From: an uncultured Acetobacteraceae bacterium
GTDB lineage: Bacteria > Pseudomonadota > Alphaproteobacteria > Acetobacterales > Acetobacteraceae
Assembly: GCA_964244655.1 (NCBI GenBank)
Contig: CAXTJU010000004.1
Coordinates: 2,516-66,515, forward strand
DNA: 64,000 nt
Reading direction: 5' to 3'
In this document: positions 49,202 to 62,723 of the stretch, piece by piece
Layout of the letters: every line of letters starts with the position of its first letter
How positions within the stretch are numbered: the stretch's first letter is position 1
Notes under the pieces: generated by a model
What the model saw: only the letters and a program-made list of their open reading frames with translations
What the model was told of the DNA's origin: nothing
Databases searched by the model: none
Program-made: the position numbers and the translations under genes

Positions 49202-49972
49202 ATGGCCTTGCCGAAGATCCGCATCCGCGGCCTGCGCAAGCGCTTCGGCGACAAGCAGGTGCTGGACGGCGTGGACCTGGACGTGATGCCCGGCACCTCC
49301 ACCGTGGTGATCGGCGGCTCCGGCACCGGCAAGTCGGTGCTGCTGAAGTCCATCCTGGGCCTGGTGGAGCCCGACGAGGGCACCATCGAGATCGACGGCC
49401 GCGATCTGCTCCGCATGGGCCGCCGCGAGCGCGAGGCCGCCCGCCGCCAGATCGGCATGCTGTTCCAGGCCGCCGCGTTGTTCGACAGCCTGCCGGTGTG
49501 GGAGAACGTGGCTTTCGGCCTGCTGGCGCAAGGCGGCATCACCCGCGAGGCGGCCCGCATCCGGGCGGACGCGGTGATGGGCCAGGTCGGCCTGGCGCCG
49601 AGCGTGGGCGACCTCTCGCCCGCGGAGCTGTCCGGCGGGATGCAAAAGCGCGTCGGCCTCGCCCGGGCCATCGCCGCCCAGCCGCATATCTTGTTCTTTG
49701 ACGAGCCAACCACGGGGTTGGACCCGATCATGGGCGCGGTGATCGACGGATTGATCGTGGATTGCGTCAAGCGCCTGGGCTCGACGGCGATGGCGATCAC
49801 GCACGACATGGCGTCGGCCATGCGGATCGGCGACCGGATCGCGATGCTGTATCGGGGGCGGATCGTGTGGGAGGGGCCGCCGGAGGGGTTGATGGCCAGC
49901 GGAAATGCGGTGGTGGACCAGTTCACGCATGGGCGGCGGGAGGGGCCGATTCAGATGGAGTTGCGGCGGTAA
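49202..49972 (+). CDS. mlaF: MlaF-family ABC ATPase
   Basis: GGSGTGKS, LSGGMQKRVGLARA, DEPTTGLDP. Confidence 0.93.
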   Translation: MALPKIRIRGLRKRFGDKQVLDGVDLDVMPGTSTVVIGGSGTGKSVLLKSILGLVEPDEGTIEIDGRDLLRMGRREREAARRQIGMLFQAAALFDSLPVWENVAFGLLAQGGITREAARIRADAVMGQVGLAPSVGDLSPAELSGGMQKRVGLARAIAAQPHILFFDEPTTGLDPIMGAVIDGLIVDCVKRLGSTAMAITHDMASAMRIGDRIAMLYRGRIVWEGPPEGLMASGNAVVDQFTHGRREGPIQMELRR

Positions 49973-49993
49973 CAAAAAACGCGTCCATTTGAA

Positions 49994-51059
49994 TTATTCC
50001 TTCCAAGATGATAGGGTGGATATTCTATGACCTATTAGCTCTCCCTCCTTTAGAGCTTTATGCAACAACTTCAAGAATTCTGGATTTATACTCCAATCGC
50101 ACTGATATCGGTCAACACGTAACGTTATAGCCAAGTTGCTCTTGTTTAGAATAGTGCACATCGTACGTTTAAGATCTGCATGGTATATCAAGTGAAACTC
50201 TAACTCATGAGGCTGGTCAGGCGAAAACCCATCCCACTTTTGGCGTCCCGATCGTTTGAGGAAATCAGGTATAAAGATTGGCAAAGGTGCACTTTTAGCC
50301 ATCTTGTCGAGGTAGAATATTAATAAATCATGTTCTCGATAACCTGAAACATAGGCAGGACCATCAAAGACGTTATCGCCATTGAGTACCCATACTTTCA
50401 CCGCGTAAGGCGTTTTACTAAATAATGATTGCTCAATGCTTGTAAGCTCGAACCAACCTCCGAAGCTAAAGAAGAAGTTATTTTGAGTGACAATGTCACC
50501 CATCAGCATTAATGTAATCCTATCATAAAATAAACGAATAAAACTTGAGTATTCATCATCAAACAATCTGTCATCTACATCCTCAATGCCGGGAAATGAT
50601 CCTGTGCCATCATAGATTATAGACGCAGAAGATTTACGAAGATGTTTGGTATTTAAAGATTCCTGAACTATTTTACTACCTACATCACGAGAAACTATAA
50701 GGGATATCAAGTCAATCTCAGCCAGCGTTAAACCTGACTGCTCAACTATATCGTCGAGTGTTTTCCACAGACGTAGCTCTGACAATCTTGCAAGTTCTTT
50801 AATAATTTTTTGATTCAAATAAGGGCGAGCCTGCCCAAAGTGCAAATGAGTTTACACCGAAGGACATGGTTTTCTGAATATTTCCTACAAACTGATATTT
50901 TTGAGACTTAACGTTTTTCGGTGGAACAGACCTGGAGAAAGACAACCTAGAAAGCGGTAATTCCAAATCGGCTCTGCCAATCCTTTTTGGCGCTGATAGT
51001 GCAATGTCAGAAATAGTCAGGATTCCATCAAACCGCTGAATAGATGCAATGATGGTCAC
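49994..51059 (-). pseudogene. AT-rich proteasome-beta/HslV-like (Ntn-hydrolase) gene split by a +1 base in an A6 tract at 50806-50811
   Basis: GTG 51059 gives MTIIASIQRFDGILTISD (T1..D17). K..WAG spacing of 14 matches K33/G47. Removing one A joins ESK to IIKELARL of the 49994..50845 ORF, giving ~354 aa. Confidence 0.65.
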
Positions 51060-51265
51060 TGAGGCATACTCGTTGGTTTCCTCAAATCTTTGGTAATAGC
51101 GCACGTGCTTGATGTTGGCTGGAATGGCAGCGGCGCATCAGGGTTCTCACCATCCTCAATCTGGTGACGGCGTATGTCTTCCTCCGTCGTCGCCGCGACC
51201 TTAGCGCGGTCCACTTTGGGGTAGCTCGCCTTAATTTGCTCCAACGTCATTGGCTCGCGTGTCAT
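51056..51265 (-). pseudogene. N-terminal fragment of an XRE/HigA-type antitoxin
   Basis: MTLEQIKASYPKVDRAKVAATTEEDIRRHQIEDGENPD resembles the N-termini of such antitoxins; no HTH follows. Confidence 0.55.
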
Positions 51266-51340
51266 ACGGTTTGATTGTTCCTATCTGCAATCCGGGTCGC
51301 GATGATCCAGCGCACATCTATCCCGAGCCTGTCGAAATGC
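51262..51340 (-). pseudogene. Possible C-terminal remnant of a BrnT-type toxin
   Basis: DVRWIIATRIADRN resembles the BrnT ..RIISARRA.. tail; ATGA overlap with the antitoxin fragment. Confidence 0.35.
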
Positions 51341-51397
51341 CTGCTAGGTGTTACAGCCGATAATCTCGGCCGATCATGCCGATTTCGCAACTTCGGC

Positions 51398-51428
51398 ATG
51401 GGTGGGCGGGTCAAGCCTGGCCATGACG
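51398..51428. repeat. Alphaproteobacterial REP-like element (GTCATGGCC.GGCTTGACCCG type), family C
   Basis: GGGTCAAGCCTGGCCATGACG resembles the common GGCCGGGTCAAGCCCGGCCATGAC repeat. Confidence 0.55.
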
Positions 51429-51544
51429 GTGGGGGCCTAGGGGTAGGCATAAGAACAGCCTGTCCGGTATGAACCTTCGCAGGCTCGGCAGCCACGGCTT
51501 AACCCCGCCTTGACCCGCCCCCTCCCCCGCGCGACCTCTCCCCC

Positions 51545-52948
<1,404 letters not shown>

Positions 52949-53025
52949 GGCGCAGTGGCACCGCCTCATCGCCGTCGCTATGCTCCCCCCATGACGCCAG
53001 GGCCAACCTGGCGCAGGGAGGACTC

Positions 53026-54666
53026 ATGCTCGGATTGATGCAGACGCGCCCGCTGATGATCTCGTCCATCCTGCAGCACGCCGCCCGCAACCACGCGAGC
53101 ACCGAGATCGTATCCAAGACGGTCGAGGGCACCCTCCACCGCACCACCTACGCCGAGACCGAGCGCCGCACCCGGCGGTTGGCCCGCGTGCTGCACCGCC
53201 TCGGCATCAAGCCCGGCGACCGCGTGGGCACGCTGGCCTGGAACGGCTACCGCCACCTGGAGGCCTACTACGCCGCCCCCGGCATGGGCGCCATGTACCA
53301 CACCATCAACCCCCGCCTCGGCGTGGCGGACATCGCCTTCATCGTGAACGACGCAGAGGACGCGGTGCTGTTCGCCGACACGACCTTCGCCCCCCTGCTG
53401 CAAGCCCTGGCGCCGCACATCGCCGTCCGCAACGTGGTCATGATGACGGACGCGGCCCACATGCCGGACGTCCCGCTCGCCCCCGGCATGGCGCTGCACT
53501 GCTACGAGACGCTCATGGCGGAGGCGGACGAGGACTACGCCTGGCCGGAGTTCGACGAGCGGACCGCCGCCGGGCTGTGCTACACCTCCGGCACCACGGG
53601 GCGGCCGAAAGGCGTGCTCTACAGCCACCGCTCCACCGTGCTGCACGCCTACGCCATCAACATGCCGGACGTGATGGGCCTGCGTGCCACCGACCGCACC
53701 ATGCCCGTGGTGCCGATGTTCCACGTCAACGCCTGGGGCGCGCCGTTCGCCGCCCCCATGGCGGGGGCGGCTCTGGTGCTGCCGGGCCGTCACTTGGACG
53801 GCGCCAGCCTCACGGCGCTGATGAACGCCGAGCGCGTCACCACCTCCGCCGGCGTGCCGACCATCTGGATGGGGCTGCTGCAGCACCTGCGCGCGTCGGG
53901 CGAGCGGCTGGACACGGTGCGCTCCCTGGTGATCGGCGGCTCCGCCTGTCCCCCCGTGCTGATCGACGCCTTCGCCCGCGAATACGGCGTGCGGGTGGAC
54001 CACGCTTGGGGCATGACGGAGACCAGCCCGCTCGGCACCTACAACCATCCCAAGGCCGGCGAGGACGCGATGGCGCCCGACGCGGTGGCGCGGCGCCGGC
54101 TGAACCAGGGCCGCGGCATCTACGGCACCGAGATGAAGATCGTGGACGGCGACGGCGCAGCCCTGCCCTGGGACGGCGTGGCGTTCGGCAACCTCATGGT
54201 GCGCGGCCACTGGGTGTGCAGCGGCTACTACGGCGCCAACAACGCGGGCGGCGCGGACGCGGAGGGCTGGTTCGCTACGGGGGACGTGGCAACCATCGAC
54301 CCGGACGGCTACATGACCATCACCGACCGCTCCAAGGACGTGGTGAAGTCCGGCGGCGAGTGGATCAGCTCCATCACCCTGGAAAACATTGCCGTGGCGC
54401 ATCCGGACGTGGCGGAGGCCGCCATCATCGCCGCCCGCCACCCGAAATGGGACGAGCGTCCGCTGCTGCTGGTGGTGCCCAAGGAAGGCCGCACCATCGA
54501 CCCGGCGGCGCTGCTGGCCAGCTACGAAGGCCACGTGCCGAAATGGTGGTTGCCGGACGCGGTGCTGGCCGTGGCCGAATTGCCGCACACGGCGACCGGA
54601 AAGATCAACAAGCTCGCGCTTCGGACACAGTATGGCCTGCATTTGATGCAGAATGACGCCGCGTAA
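53026..54666 (+). CDS. Medium/long-chain fatty-acid-CoA ligase (AlkK/DmdB-like)
   Basis: [45 protein letters not shown]; GGAGG RBS. Confidence 0.92.
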   Translation: MLGLMQTRPLMISSILQHAARNHASTEIVSKTVEGTLHRTTYAETERRTRRLARVLHRLGIKPGDRVGTLAWNGYRHLEAYYAAPGMGAMYHTINPRLGVADIAFIVNDAEDAVLFADTTFAPLLQALAPHIAVRNVVMMTDAAHMPDVPLAPGMALHCYETLMAEADEDYAWPEFDERTAAGLCYTSGTTGRPKGVLYSHRSTVLHAYAINMPDVMGLRATDRTMPVVPMFHVNAWGAPFAAPMAGAALVLPGRHLDGASLTALMNAERVTTSAGVPTIWMGLLQHLRASGERLDTVRSLVIGGSACPPVLIDAFAREYGVRVDHAWGMTETSPLGTYNHPKAGEDAMAPDAVARRRLNQGRGIYGTEMKIVDGDGAALPWDGVAFGNLMVRGHWVCSGYYGANNAGGADAEGWFATGDVATIDPDGYMTITDRSKDVVKSGGEWISSITLENIAVAHPDVAEAAIIAARHPKWDERPLLLVVPKEGRTIDPAALLASYEGHVPKWWLPDAVLAVAELPHTATGKINKLALRTQYGLHLMQNDAA

Positions 54667-54718
54667 GACGAACGCGCCGGCATCTCGGGCGTCCGTTGCC
54701 AAAACCAGGAGCTTAGCC

Positions 54719-54937
54719 ATGAAGACCATGATCGCCGTCGCTGCCGTCCTCGCCGTCTCCTTCGCGGCGCTGCCGCAATCCGCCCACGCCATCGGCTGCG
54801 CGTCAGGCGCCGCCGTGGGCGGGGTCGGCGGCCACATGGCCGGAAATCATGCCGTGCTGGGCGCCGCGGCGGGTTGCGCCGTGGGCCACCATGAGGCCAA
54901 GAAGAAGGCTGCGGCGCAGGCCCAGCCCGCGCAGTAA
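54719..54937 (+). CDS. Small secreted Cys-flanked glycine-zipper protein, copy 1
   Basis: AGGAG RBS; signal peptide ..SAHA; IGCASGAAVGGVGGHMAGNHAVLGAAAGCAVGHH. Confidence 0.8.
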   Translation: MKTMIAVAAVLAVSFAALPQSAHAIGCASGAAVGGVGGHMAGNHAVLGAAAGCAVGHHEAKKKAAAQAQPAQ

Positions 54938-54965
54938 TCCTCCCTCCCAAATCCGGAGCCTATCC

Positions 54966-55220
54966 ATGAAGTCTCTTCTCGCTTTCGCCATGCTGGTCAC
55001 CGCCGGCTCGGCCATGCTGCCGCGCCAGGCCGAGGCGATCGGCTGCCTGTCAGGCGCCGCGGTCGGCGGGGTGGGCGGCCACTATGCCGGCCACCACGCC
55101 ATCCTCGGCGCAGCGGCTGGATGCGCCATCGGCCATCACGCGGCGGTCGTGCGCCGCCGCAACGCGGCGGCCGCGGCGCAGCAGCAGCAGAGCGGCTACC
55201 AGCAAAACACAGCCCAGTAG
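54966..55220 (+). CDS. Small secreted Cys-flanked glycine-zipper protein, copy 2
   Basis: GGAG RBS; signal peptide ..QAEA; IGCLSGAAVGGVGGHYAGHHAILGAAAGCAIGHH. Confidence 0.8.
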   Translation: MKSLLAFAMLVTAGSAMLPRQAEAIGCLSGAAVGGVGGHYAGHHAILGAAAGCAIGHHAAVVRRRNAAAAAQQQQSGYQQNTAQ

Positions 55221-55240
55221 CACCTCAAGGGAAGCAAGGC

Positions 55241-55287
55241 GGGGCTCTGCCCCGAGCCCCGCCAGAGGACGAGGTCCTCTGGACTCC
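55241..55287 (+). repeat. REP-like palindrome family A copy
   Basis: GGGGCTCTGCCCCGAGCCCCGCCAGAGGAC-GAG-GTCCTCTGGACTCC between convergent genes. Confidence 0.85.
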
Positions 55288-55316
55288 TGGCTGTTAGGAT
55301 CAAGGGCTGGAGGCGG

Positions 55317-56459
55317 TTACGCCGCTTCCAGCACCCCTCCCATCTCGGCCAGCTTCTCGAGGTGGCTGTCGGCGTCGCCGAACATCAGCTCGATCATCGA
55401 CATGCGCTTGAAGTGGTGGCCGACCATGTACTCCATGGTCACGCCGATACCGCCGTGAAGCTGGATCGCCTCCTGGCCCAGCTTGCGGCCGGAACGCCCG
55501 ATCTGCACCTTCGCCGCCGCCGCCGCCTTGTGGCGCTCCACCGCGTCGTCCTCATCCGCCATCATCGTCGCCAGCAGCGCCATGGAGCGGGCCTGCTCCA
55601 GCAGCACGTACATGTCCACCGCCCGGTGCTGCAACGCCTGGAAGTCGCCGATGGCGCGGCCGAACTGCTTGCGCTGCTTCATGTAGTCGATGGTGCTGGC
55701 ATGCATGGACTCCATGATCCCGACCGCCTCGGCGGCCAGGAAGGCAAGCGCCTCGTCCACCACGCGCTCCACGACGGGCAGCGCGCCCGCCGGGTCGCCG
55801 AGCGGAACGCCGGTGGCGCCGGCCAGCGACACCTCGGCGGCATGCAGCCCGTCCTGCGTCGGGTAGCCGCGCACGGAGACGCCCTCGCTCGGCACATCGA
55901 CCAGGAACAGGCCGATGCCCGCGCGGTCCCGCGTGCTCCCGGCGGTGCGGGCGGTCACCAGCAGCTTGTTGGCGGTGTCGCCGTGCAGCACAACGCCCTT
56001 CTCGCCTTCCAGCCGCCAGCGCGCTCCCTCCTGCCGCGCGATGGTGGACACGTTGTGCAGCTCGTAGCGGGATTGCCGCTCCACGTGCGCGAAGGCCAGC
56101 AACAGCTCCCCGGCGGCCACCTGGCCCAGCAGTTCCGCTTGCATCGCCGGGTCGGCGGCGCGGCGGATCAGGCCGCCGCCGAGCACGACGGTGGCAAGAT
56201 ACGGCTCCACCACCAGGGCGCGGCCGAACGCCTCGGCCACGATCATGCTCTCGACGGGGCCGCCGCCGAAGCCGCCCAGTTCCTCGGAGAACGGCAGGCC
56301 GAGCAGCCCCAGCTCGGCGAACTGCGCCCACATGGCCCGGCTCCAGCCGCCGGGTTCGGCCATGAAGCCGCGGCGCTGGTCGAAGCCGTACTTGTCGGCG
56401 ATGAGGCGGTCCACGCTGTCCTTGAGCAGGCGCTGGTCGTCGTTCAGGTCGAAATCCAT
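55317..56459 (-). CDS. pimD: Acyl-CoA dehydrogenase small subunit, PimD-like
   Basis: RKQFGRAIGDFQALQHR, QLHGGIGVT; fifth gene in pimFABCD order. Confidence 0.85.
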   Translation of the reverse strand: MDFDLNDDQRLLKDSVDRLIADKYGFDQRRGFMAEPGGWSRAMWAQFAELGLLGLPFSEELGGFGGGPVESMIVAEAFGRALVVEPYLATVVLGGGLIRRAADPAMQAELLGQVAAGELLLAFAHVERQSRYELHNVSTIARQEGARWRLEGEKGVVLHGDTANKLLVTARTAGSTRDRAGIGLFLVDVPSEGVSVRGYPTQDGLHAAEVSLAGATGVPLGDPAGALPVVERVVDEALAFLAAEAVGIMESMHASTIDYMKQRKQFGRAIGDFQALQHRAVDMYVLLEQARSMALLATMMADEDDAVERHKAAAAAKVQIGRSGRKLGQEAIQLHGGIGVTMEYMVGHHFKRMSMIELMFGDADSHLEKLAEMGGVLEAA

Positions 56460-56480
56460 GAGGCCTCGCTCGTTGGGAAG

Positions 56481-56501
56481 CCCTCTCCCACAGGGAGAGG
56501 G
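56481..56501. repeat. Palindromic element family B, intergenic copy
   Basis: CCCTCTCCC-ACA-GGGAGAGGG, same core as the 30541 copy. Confidence 0.7.
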
Positions 56502-56508
56502 AGATGGT

Positions 56509-57717
56509 TCAGAACCCGAGGATCGCCTTGGCCACGATGTTGCGCTGGATCTCGTTCGAGCCGCCGTAGATCGAGACCTTGCGCCAGTTGAAGTAGGTCG
56601 GCGCCGCTTCGGCCGCGTAGTCCGGGCCGATCGACATCGGGTCGTTGTCGCCCTCCGGCCCCACCTCGGCGCTGTACGGCATGGCGTACGGCCCCACCAG
56701 GTCCATCAGCAGCTCGGTCGTCGCCTGCTGAATCTCGGAGCCCTTGATCTTGAGGATCGAGCTGGCCGGGTTCGGCTTGCCGTGCTTGTTGTGCCGGTCG
56801 CTGGCCACCACGCGCAACTGCGTCATCTCCAGCGCGCGCAACTCGATCTCCACGGCGGTCAGCTTCTCGCGGAAGTGGCGGTCCTCGATCATCGGCTTGT
56901 CGCCGACCCGCTCCAGCTTGGCCAGTTCGCGCAGCCGCATCAGCCGCGCCTTGGACACGCCGACGCGGGCGATGCCGACGCGCTCGTTGCCGAGCAGGAA
57001 CTTGGCGTAGTCCCACCCCTTGTTCTCCTCGCCAACCAGGTTCTCCGCCGGCACGCGTACCTCGTCGAACCAGACCTCGTTCACCTCATGGCCGCCGTCG
57101 ATGGTCTGGATCGGGCGCACGGTGATGCCCGGCGTCTTCATGTCGATCAGGATGAAGGAGATGCCCTCCTGCCGCTTGGCCGCCGCCGGGTCGGTGCGGC
57201 ACAGGCAGAAGATCCAGTCGGCATACTGCGCGAGCGTGGTCCAGGTCTTCTGGCCGTTGACCACCCACTCGTCGCCCTCGCGCCGCGCGGTGCAGCGCAG
57301 GCTGGCGAGGTCGGACCCGGCGCCGGGCTCGGAGAAGCCCTGGCACCACCAGATGTCCAGGTTCGCGGTGGCGGGCAGGAAGCGCTGCTTCTGCGCCTCG
57401 CTGCCGAACTGCGCGATCACCGGGCCAACCATCGAGGTGTTGAACGCGAGCGGCGCGGGCACGGAGGCGGTCTGCATCTCGTCCAGCCAGATGTAGGACT
57501 GCACGCTGGTCCAATCCTTGCCGCCCCACGCCACCGGCCAGTGCGGCACGGCGATGCCGGCCTTGTTCATGGCCTGCTGGGTGATCACCAGGTCCTGCTT
57601 GGAGACGTGCTCACCCTTGCCGGCCTTGTGGCGGATGTCGGCGGGAATCTCGTTGCGGAAGAAGTCGCGCATCTCCTGGCGGAAGCTGCGCTCTTCAGCG
57701 GTGAAGCTCAGGTCCAT
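56509..57717 (-). CDS. pimC: Acyl-CoA dehydrogenase large subunit, PimC-like
   Basis: WCQGFSEPGAGSDLASL, NGQKTWTT, GISFILIDM, IYGGSNEIQRNI. Confidence 0.87.
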   Translation of the reverse strand: MDLSFTAEERSFRQEMRDFFRNEIPADIRHKAGKGEHVSKQDLVITQQAMNKAGIAVPHWPVAWGGKDWTSVQSYIWLDEMQTASVPAPLAFNTSMVGPVIAQFGSEAQKQRFLPATANLDIWWCQGFSEPGAGSDLASLRCTARREGDEWVVNGQKTWTTLAQYADWIFCLCRTDPAAAKRQEGISFILIDMKTPGITVRPIQTIDGGHEVNEVWFDEVRVPAENLVGEENKGWDYAKFLLGNERVGIARVGVSKARLMRLRELAKLERVGDKPMIEDRHFREKLTAVEIELRALEMTQLRVVASDRHNKHGKPNPASSILKIKGSEIQQATTELLMDLVGPYAMPYSAEVGPEGDNDPMSIGPDYAAEAAPTYFNWRKVSIYGGSNEIQRNIVAKAILGF

Positions 57718-57743
57718 GGTGTCGGCTCCCTTCCTTGAAGGCC

Positions 57744-57790
57744 AGGGCGCTGCCCCGGACCCGGGAGGGGACGGTCGTCCCCTCCACCCC
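57744..57790 (+). repeat. REP-like palindrome family A copy
   Basis: AGGGCGCTGCCCCGGACCCGGGAGGGGAC-GGTC-GTCCCCTCCACCCC between pimB and pimC. Confidence 0.8.
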
Positions 57791-57791
57791 T

Positions 57792-58976
57792 TTAGTTGAT
57801 GATCTCGAACAGGCCGGCCGCCCCCTGGCCGCCGCCGATGCACATGGTCACGACAGCGTGCTTGACACCCCGCCGCCGCCCTTCGATCAACGCATGGCCC
57901 GCCATCCGCGCCCCGCTCATGCCGTACGGGTGGCCGATCGAGATCGAGCCGCCATCCACGTTCAGCTTGTCGTTTGGGATGCCCAGCCGGTCGCGGCAAT
58001 ACAGCACCTGGCTGGCGAACGCCTCGTTCAGCTCCCACAGGTCGATGTCCTCGACCGTGAGCCCCTTGCGCTCCAGCAGCCGCGGGATGGCATAGACCGG
58101 GCCGATGCCCATCTCGTCCGGGTCGCACCCCGCGGTCGCATAGCCGCGGAAGATGCCGAGCGGGGTCAGCCCCAGCCGCTGCGCCGCTTCCATGGACATC
58201 ATCACGCAGGCGGACGCGCCGTCGCTCAGCTGGCTGGCGTTGCCGGCGGTGATGAACTGGTCTTCGCCGCGCACCGGCTTCAGCTTGGCCAACCCCTCCA
58301 GCGTCGTCTCCGGCCGGTTGCACTCGTCGGAGGTGAGCGTCACCTGCTCCTGGCTCACCGCCTTGGTCGCCTTGTCCACCACCTCCTTGGTGACGGTCAT
58401 CGGCACGATCTCCTCGGACAGCCGGCCGGCCTGCTGCGCGGCGGCGGTGCGGCGCTGGCTTTCCAGCGAGTACTCGTCCTGCGCCTGCCGGCTGATGCCG
58501 TAGCGGGACGCCACGATGTCCGCTGTCTCGATCATCGGCATGTACACGTCGGGATGGTGCTCCAGCAGCCATTCGTCGCGGTAGTGGAACTGGTTCATGT
58601 GCATCTGCACCAGGCTGATCGATTCCAGCCCGCCCGCCACCGCCACCGGCGCGCCGTCGTTCAGGATGCGCCCGGCGGCCAGCGCCATCGCCTGCAAGCC
58701 GGAGGAGCAGAACCGGTTGACCGTCATGGCGGAGGCGGTGGTTGGGATGCCGGCGCGGATCGCGGCCTGGCGGGCGATGTTGCCGCCGGTGGCGCCCTCC
58801 GGGTTGGCGCAGCCCATCACCACGTCCTCCACGGTCGCCGGGTCGATGCCGGCGCGGTCCAGCGCGGCGCGGATGGCGTGGCCGCCGAGGTCCGCGCCGT
58901 GGGTGAGGTTGAACGCGCCGCGCTGCGCCTTGCCGATCGGCGTGCGGGCGGTGGAGACGATCACGGCTTCGGTCAT
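57792..58976 (-). CDS. pimB: Acetyl-CoA C-acyltransferase (thiolase), PimB-like
   Basis: STARTPIGK, NRFCSSG, NEAFA, GHPYGMSG, MCIGGGQG. Confidence 0.9.
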   Translation of the reverse strand: MTEAVIVSTARTPIGKAQRGAFNLTHGADLGGHAIRAALDRAGIDPATVEDVVMGCANPEGATGGNIARQAAIRAGIPTTASAMTVNRFCSSGLQAMALAAGRILNDGAPVAVAGGLESISLVQMHMNQFHYRDEWLLEHHPDVYMPMIETADIVASRYGISRQAQDEYSLESQRRTAAAQQAGRLSEEIVPMTVTKEVVDKATKAVSQEQVTLTSDECNRPETTLEGLAKLKPVRGEDQFITAGNASQLSDGASACVMMSMEAAQRLGLTPLGIFRGYATAGCDPDEMGIGPVYAIPRLLERKGLTVEDIDLWELNEAFASQVLYCRDRLGIPNDKLNVDGGSISIGHPYGMSGARMAGHALIEGRRRGVKHAVVTMCIGGGQGAAGLFEIIN

Positions 58977-60651
58977 GCGGTCGCGGCCTTCATCTGTTCG
59001 GGCGGGCGGGTGCGCTCCTCGTCGGCCAGCTCCTTGCGGGACAGCTTGCCGACGGCGGTGCGGGGCAGGGATTCGCGGAACTCCACGGCGGCCGGCAACT
59101 CGTGGCGGCCCAGCTTGTCGGCCAGGAAGCCGCGCAGCTCCTCCAGCGTGAACGGCTCGGCGCCATCCCGCAACTTGATGAACACCTTGGCCGACTGGCC
59201 GCGATAGGCGTCCGGGATGCCGATGGCGGTGCACTCCTCGACGGCGGCGTGCTCGTACACCGCGTCCTCGATCATGCGGGGATACACGTTGAAGCCGCCG
59301 GAGATGATCATGTCCTTCTTGCGGTCCACGATCGAGAAGCTGCCGGCCGCGTCCATCACGCCCACGTCGCCGGTGAGCAGGAAGCCATCGACGATCGCCG
59401 TCGCGGTCTCCTCCGGACGGTTCCAGTAGCCCGCGGTGACGTTGGGGCCGCGGATGGCCAGCTCCCCCACCTCGCCCTGCGCCAGGCGGCGGCGCGGGTC
59501 CGCCAGGTCCACGACGATGATCTCGATGCCGGGCAGCGGCACGCCGATCAGCCCCGGGCTCATCGCCGCCCCCGGGCTGAGATGCGTGCCGGAGGAGCAG
59601 GTCTCAGTCATGCCCCAGCCGCCGCCCACCCGCCGCCCGGTCAGCCCCTCGAACCGGCGCGCCACCTCCACGGGCAGCGTGGCCCCGCCGCAGCTGGCGC
59701 TGCGCAGGGAGGCCAGGTTGCGGCGGTCGAGGTCGGGCTGCGCGGCCAAGGCGATGAACATCGTGGGCACGCCGGGCAGGCTGGTGGCGCCGTGGCGCTC
59801 GATGTCGTTCAGCACCTGCGCCGCGTCAAAGCGCAGCCGCAGCAGGATGGCGACGCCTTCGGCCAGGCAGCGCAGCATCACCGCGACCAGCGCGTAGATG
59901 TGGAACAGCGGCAGGATGCCGATCACCCGGTCGCCCTCGCGCGACTTCAGCCCGATCCCGTCGAACCAGGCGGCATAGATGGCGGCCGCCGCCGTCAGGT
60001 TCGCGTGGGTCAGCATGGCGGCGCGCGGCAGCCCCGTGGTGCCGCCGGTGTATTGCAGCACCGCCAGGTCGCCGGGCTCCGCCGGGGGCCACGCACCGGA
60101 CGGCGGGCCGGCCGATAGGGCGGCGAAGGTCACCGCCCGCGCATCCGCCGGCAGCGGCGCCGTGGGCGGCCCGGCGCCGAACGCCGCGTCCTCACCCACG
60201 ATCAGGTGGTCCAGCAACCCGTCGGCCAGCAGAACGGCGGCCTGGGGCAGCATGGCGGCCAGGTCGGTCGCCACCATCACCCGGGCGCCGCTGTCCGCCA
60301 GCTTGCGGGCCAGGGCGCGCGGCGGGTCGAGCGGGCTGAGGTGCACCACCCGCGCGCCGGCCCGCAGCACGGCGAAGAAGCTGATCGGGTGATACGGCGT
60401 GTTCGGCAGGAACAGCGCCACCGACTGCCCCGGCCCCACGCCCAGCCGCTGCAACCCGGCGGCGGCGGCATCCACCCGCGCGCCGAACTCCTGGAAGCTG
60501 ATCTCCTGGCCGCGGAACTCGATGTAGGTCCGCCCGGCATGCTGCGCCACCGCCCGGTCCAGCAGCTGCGGCAGGGTCGAGACGGGGATCGGCGCGTCCC
60601 AGGCCAGGCCCGGCGGGTAGGATCCCTCCCAGGCGAACGGGCGCGCGTCCA

Positions 60652-60652
<1 letters not shown>
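58973..60652 (-). CDS. pimA: Dicarboxylate-CoA ligase, PimA-like
   Basis: YTGGTTGLPRAA, GWGMTET, DRKKDMIISGGFNVYP; AW..SYP N-terminus. Confidence 0.85.
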
Positions 60653-62721
<2,069 letters not shown>

Positions 62722-62723
62722 CG

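Noticed and set aside
50761-50769. DnaA-box-like TTTTCCACA
   Set aside because: Inside an AT-rich coding region, isolated, and expected by chance.
50806-50812. Programmed -1 ribosomal frameshift at A-AAA-AAT
   Set aside because: The -1 frame closes after about 20 codons; the continuing ORF is in the +1 frame.
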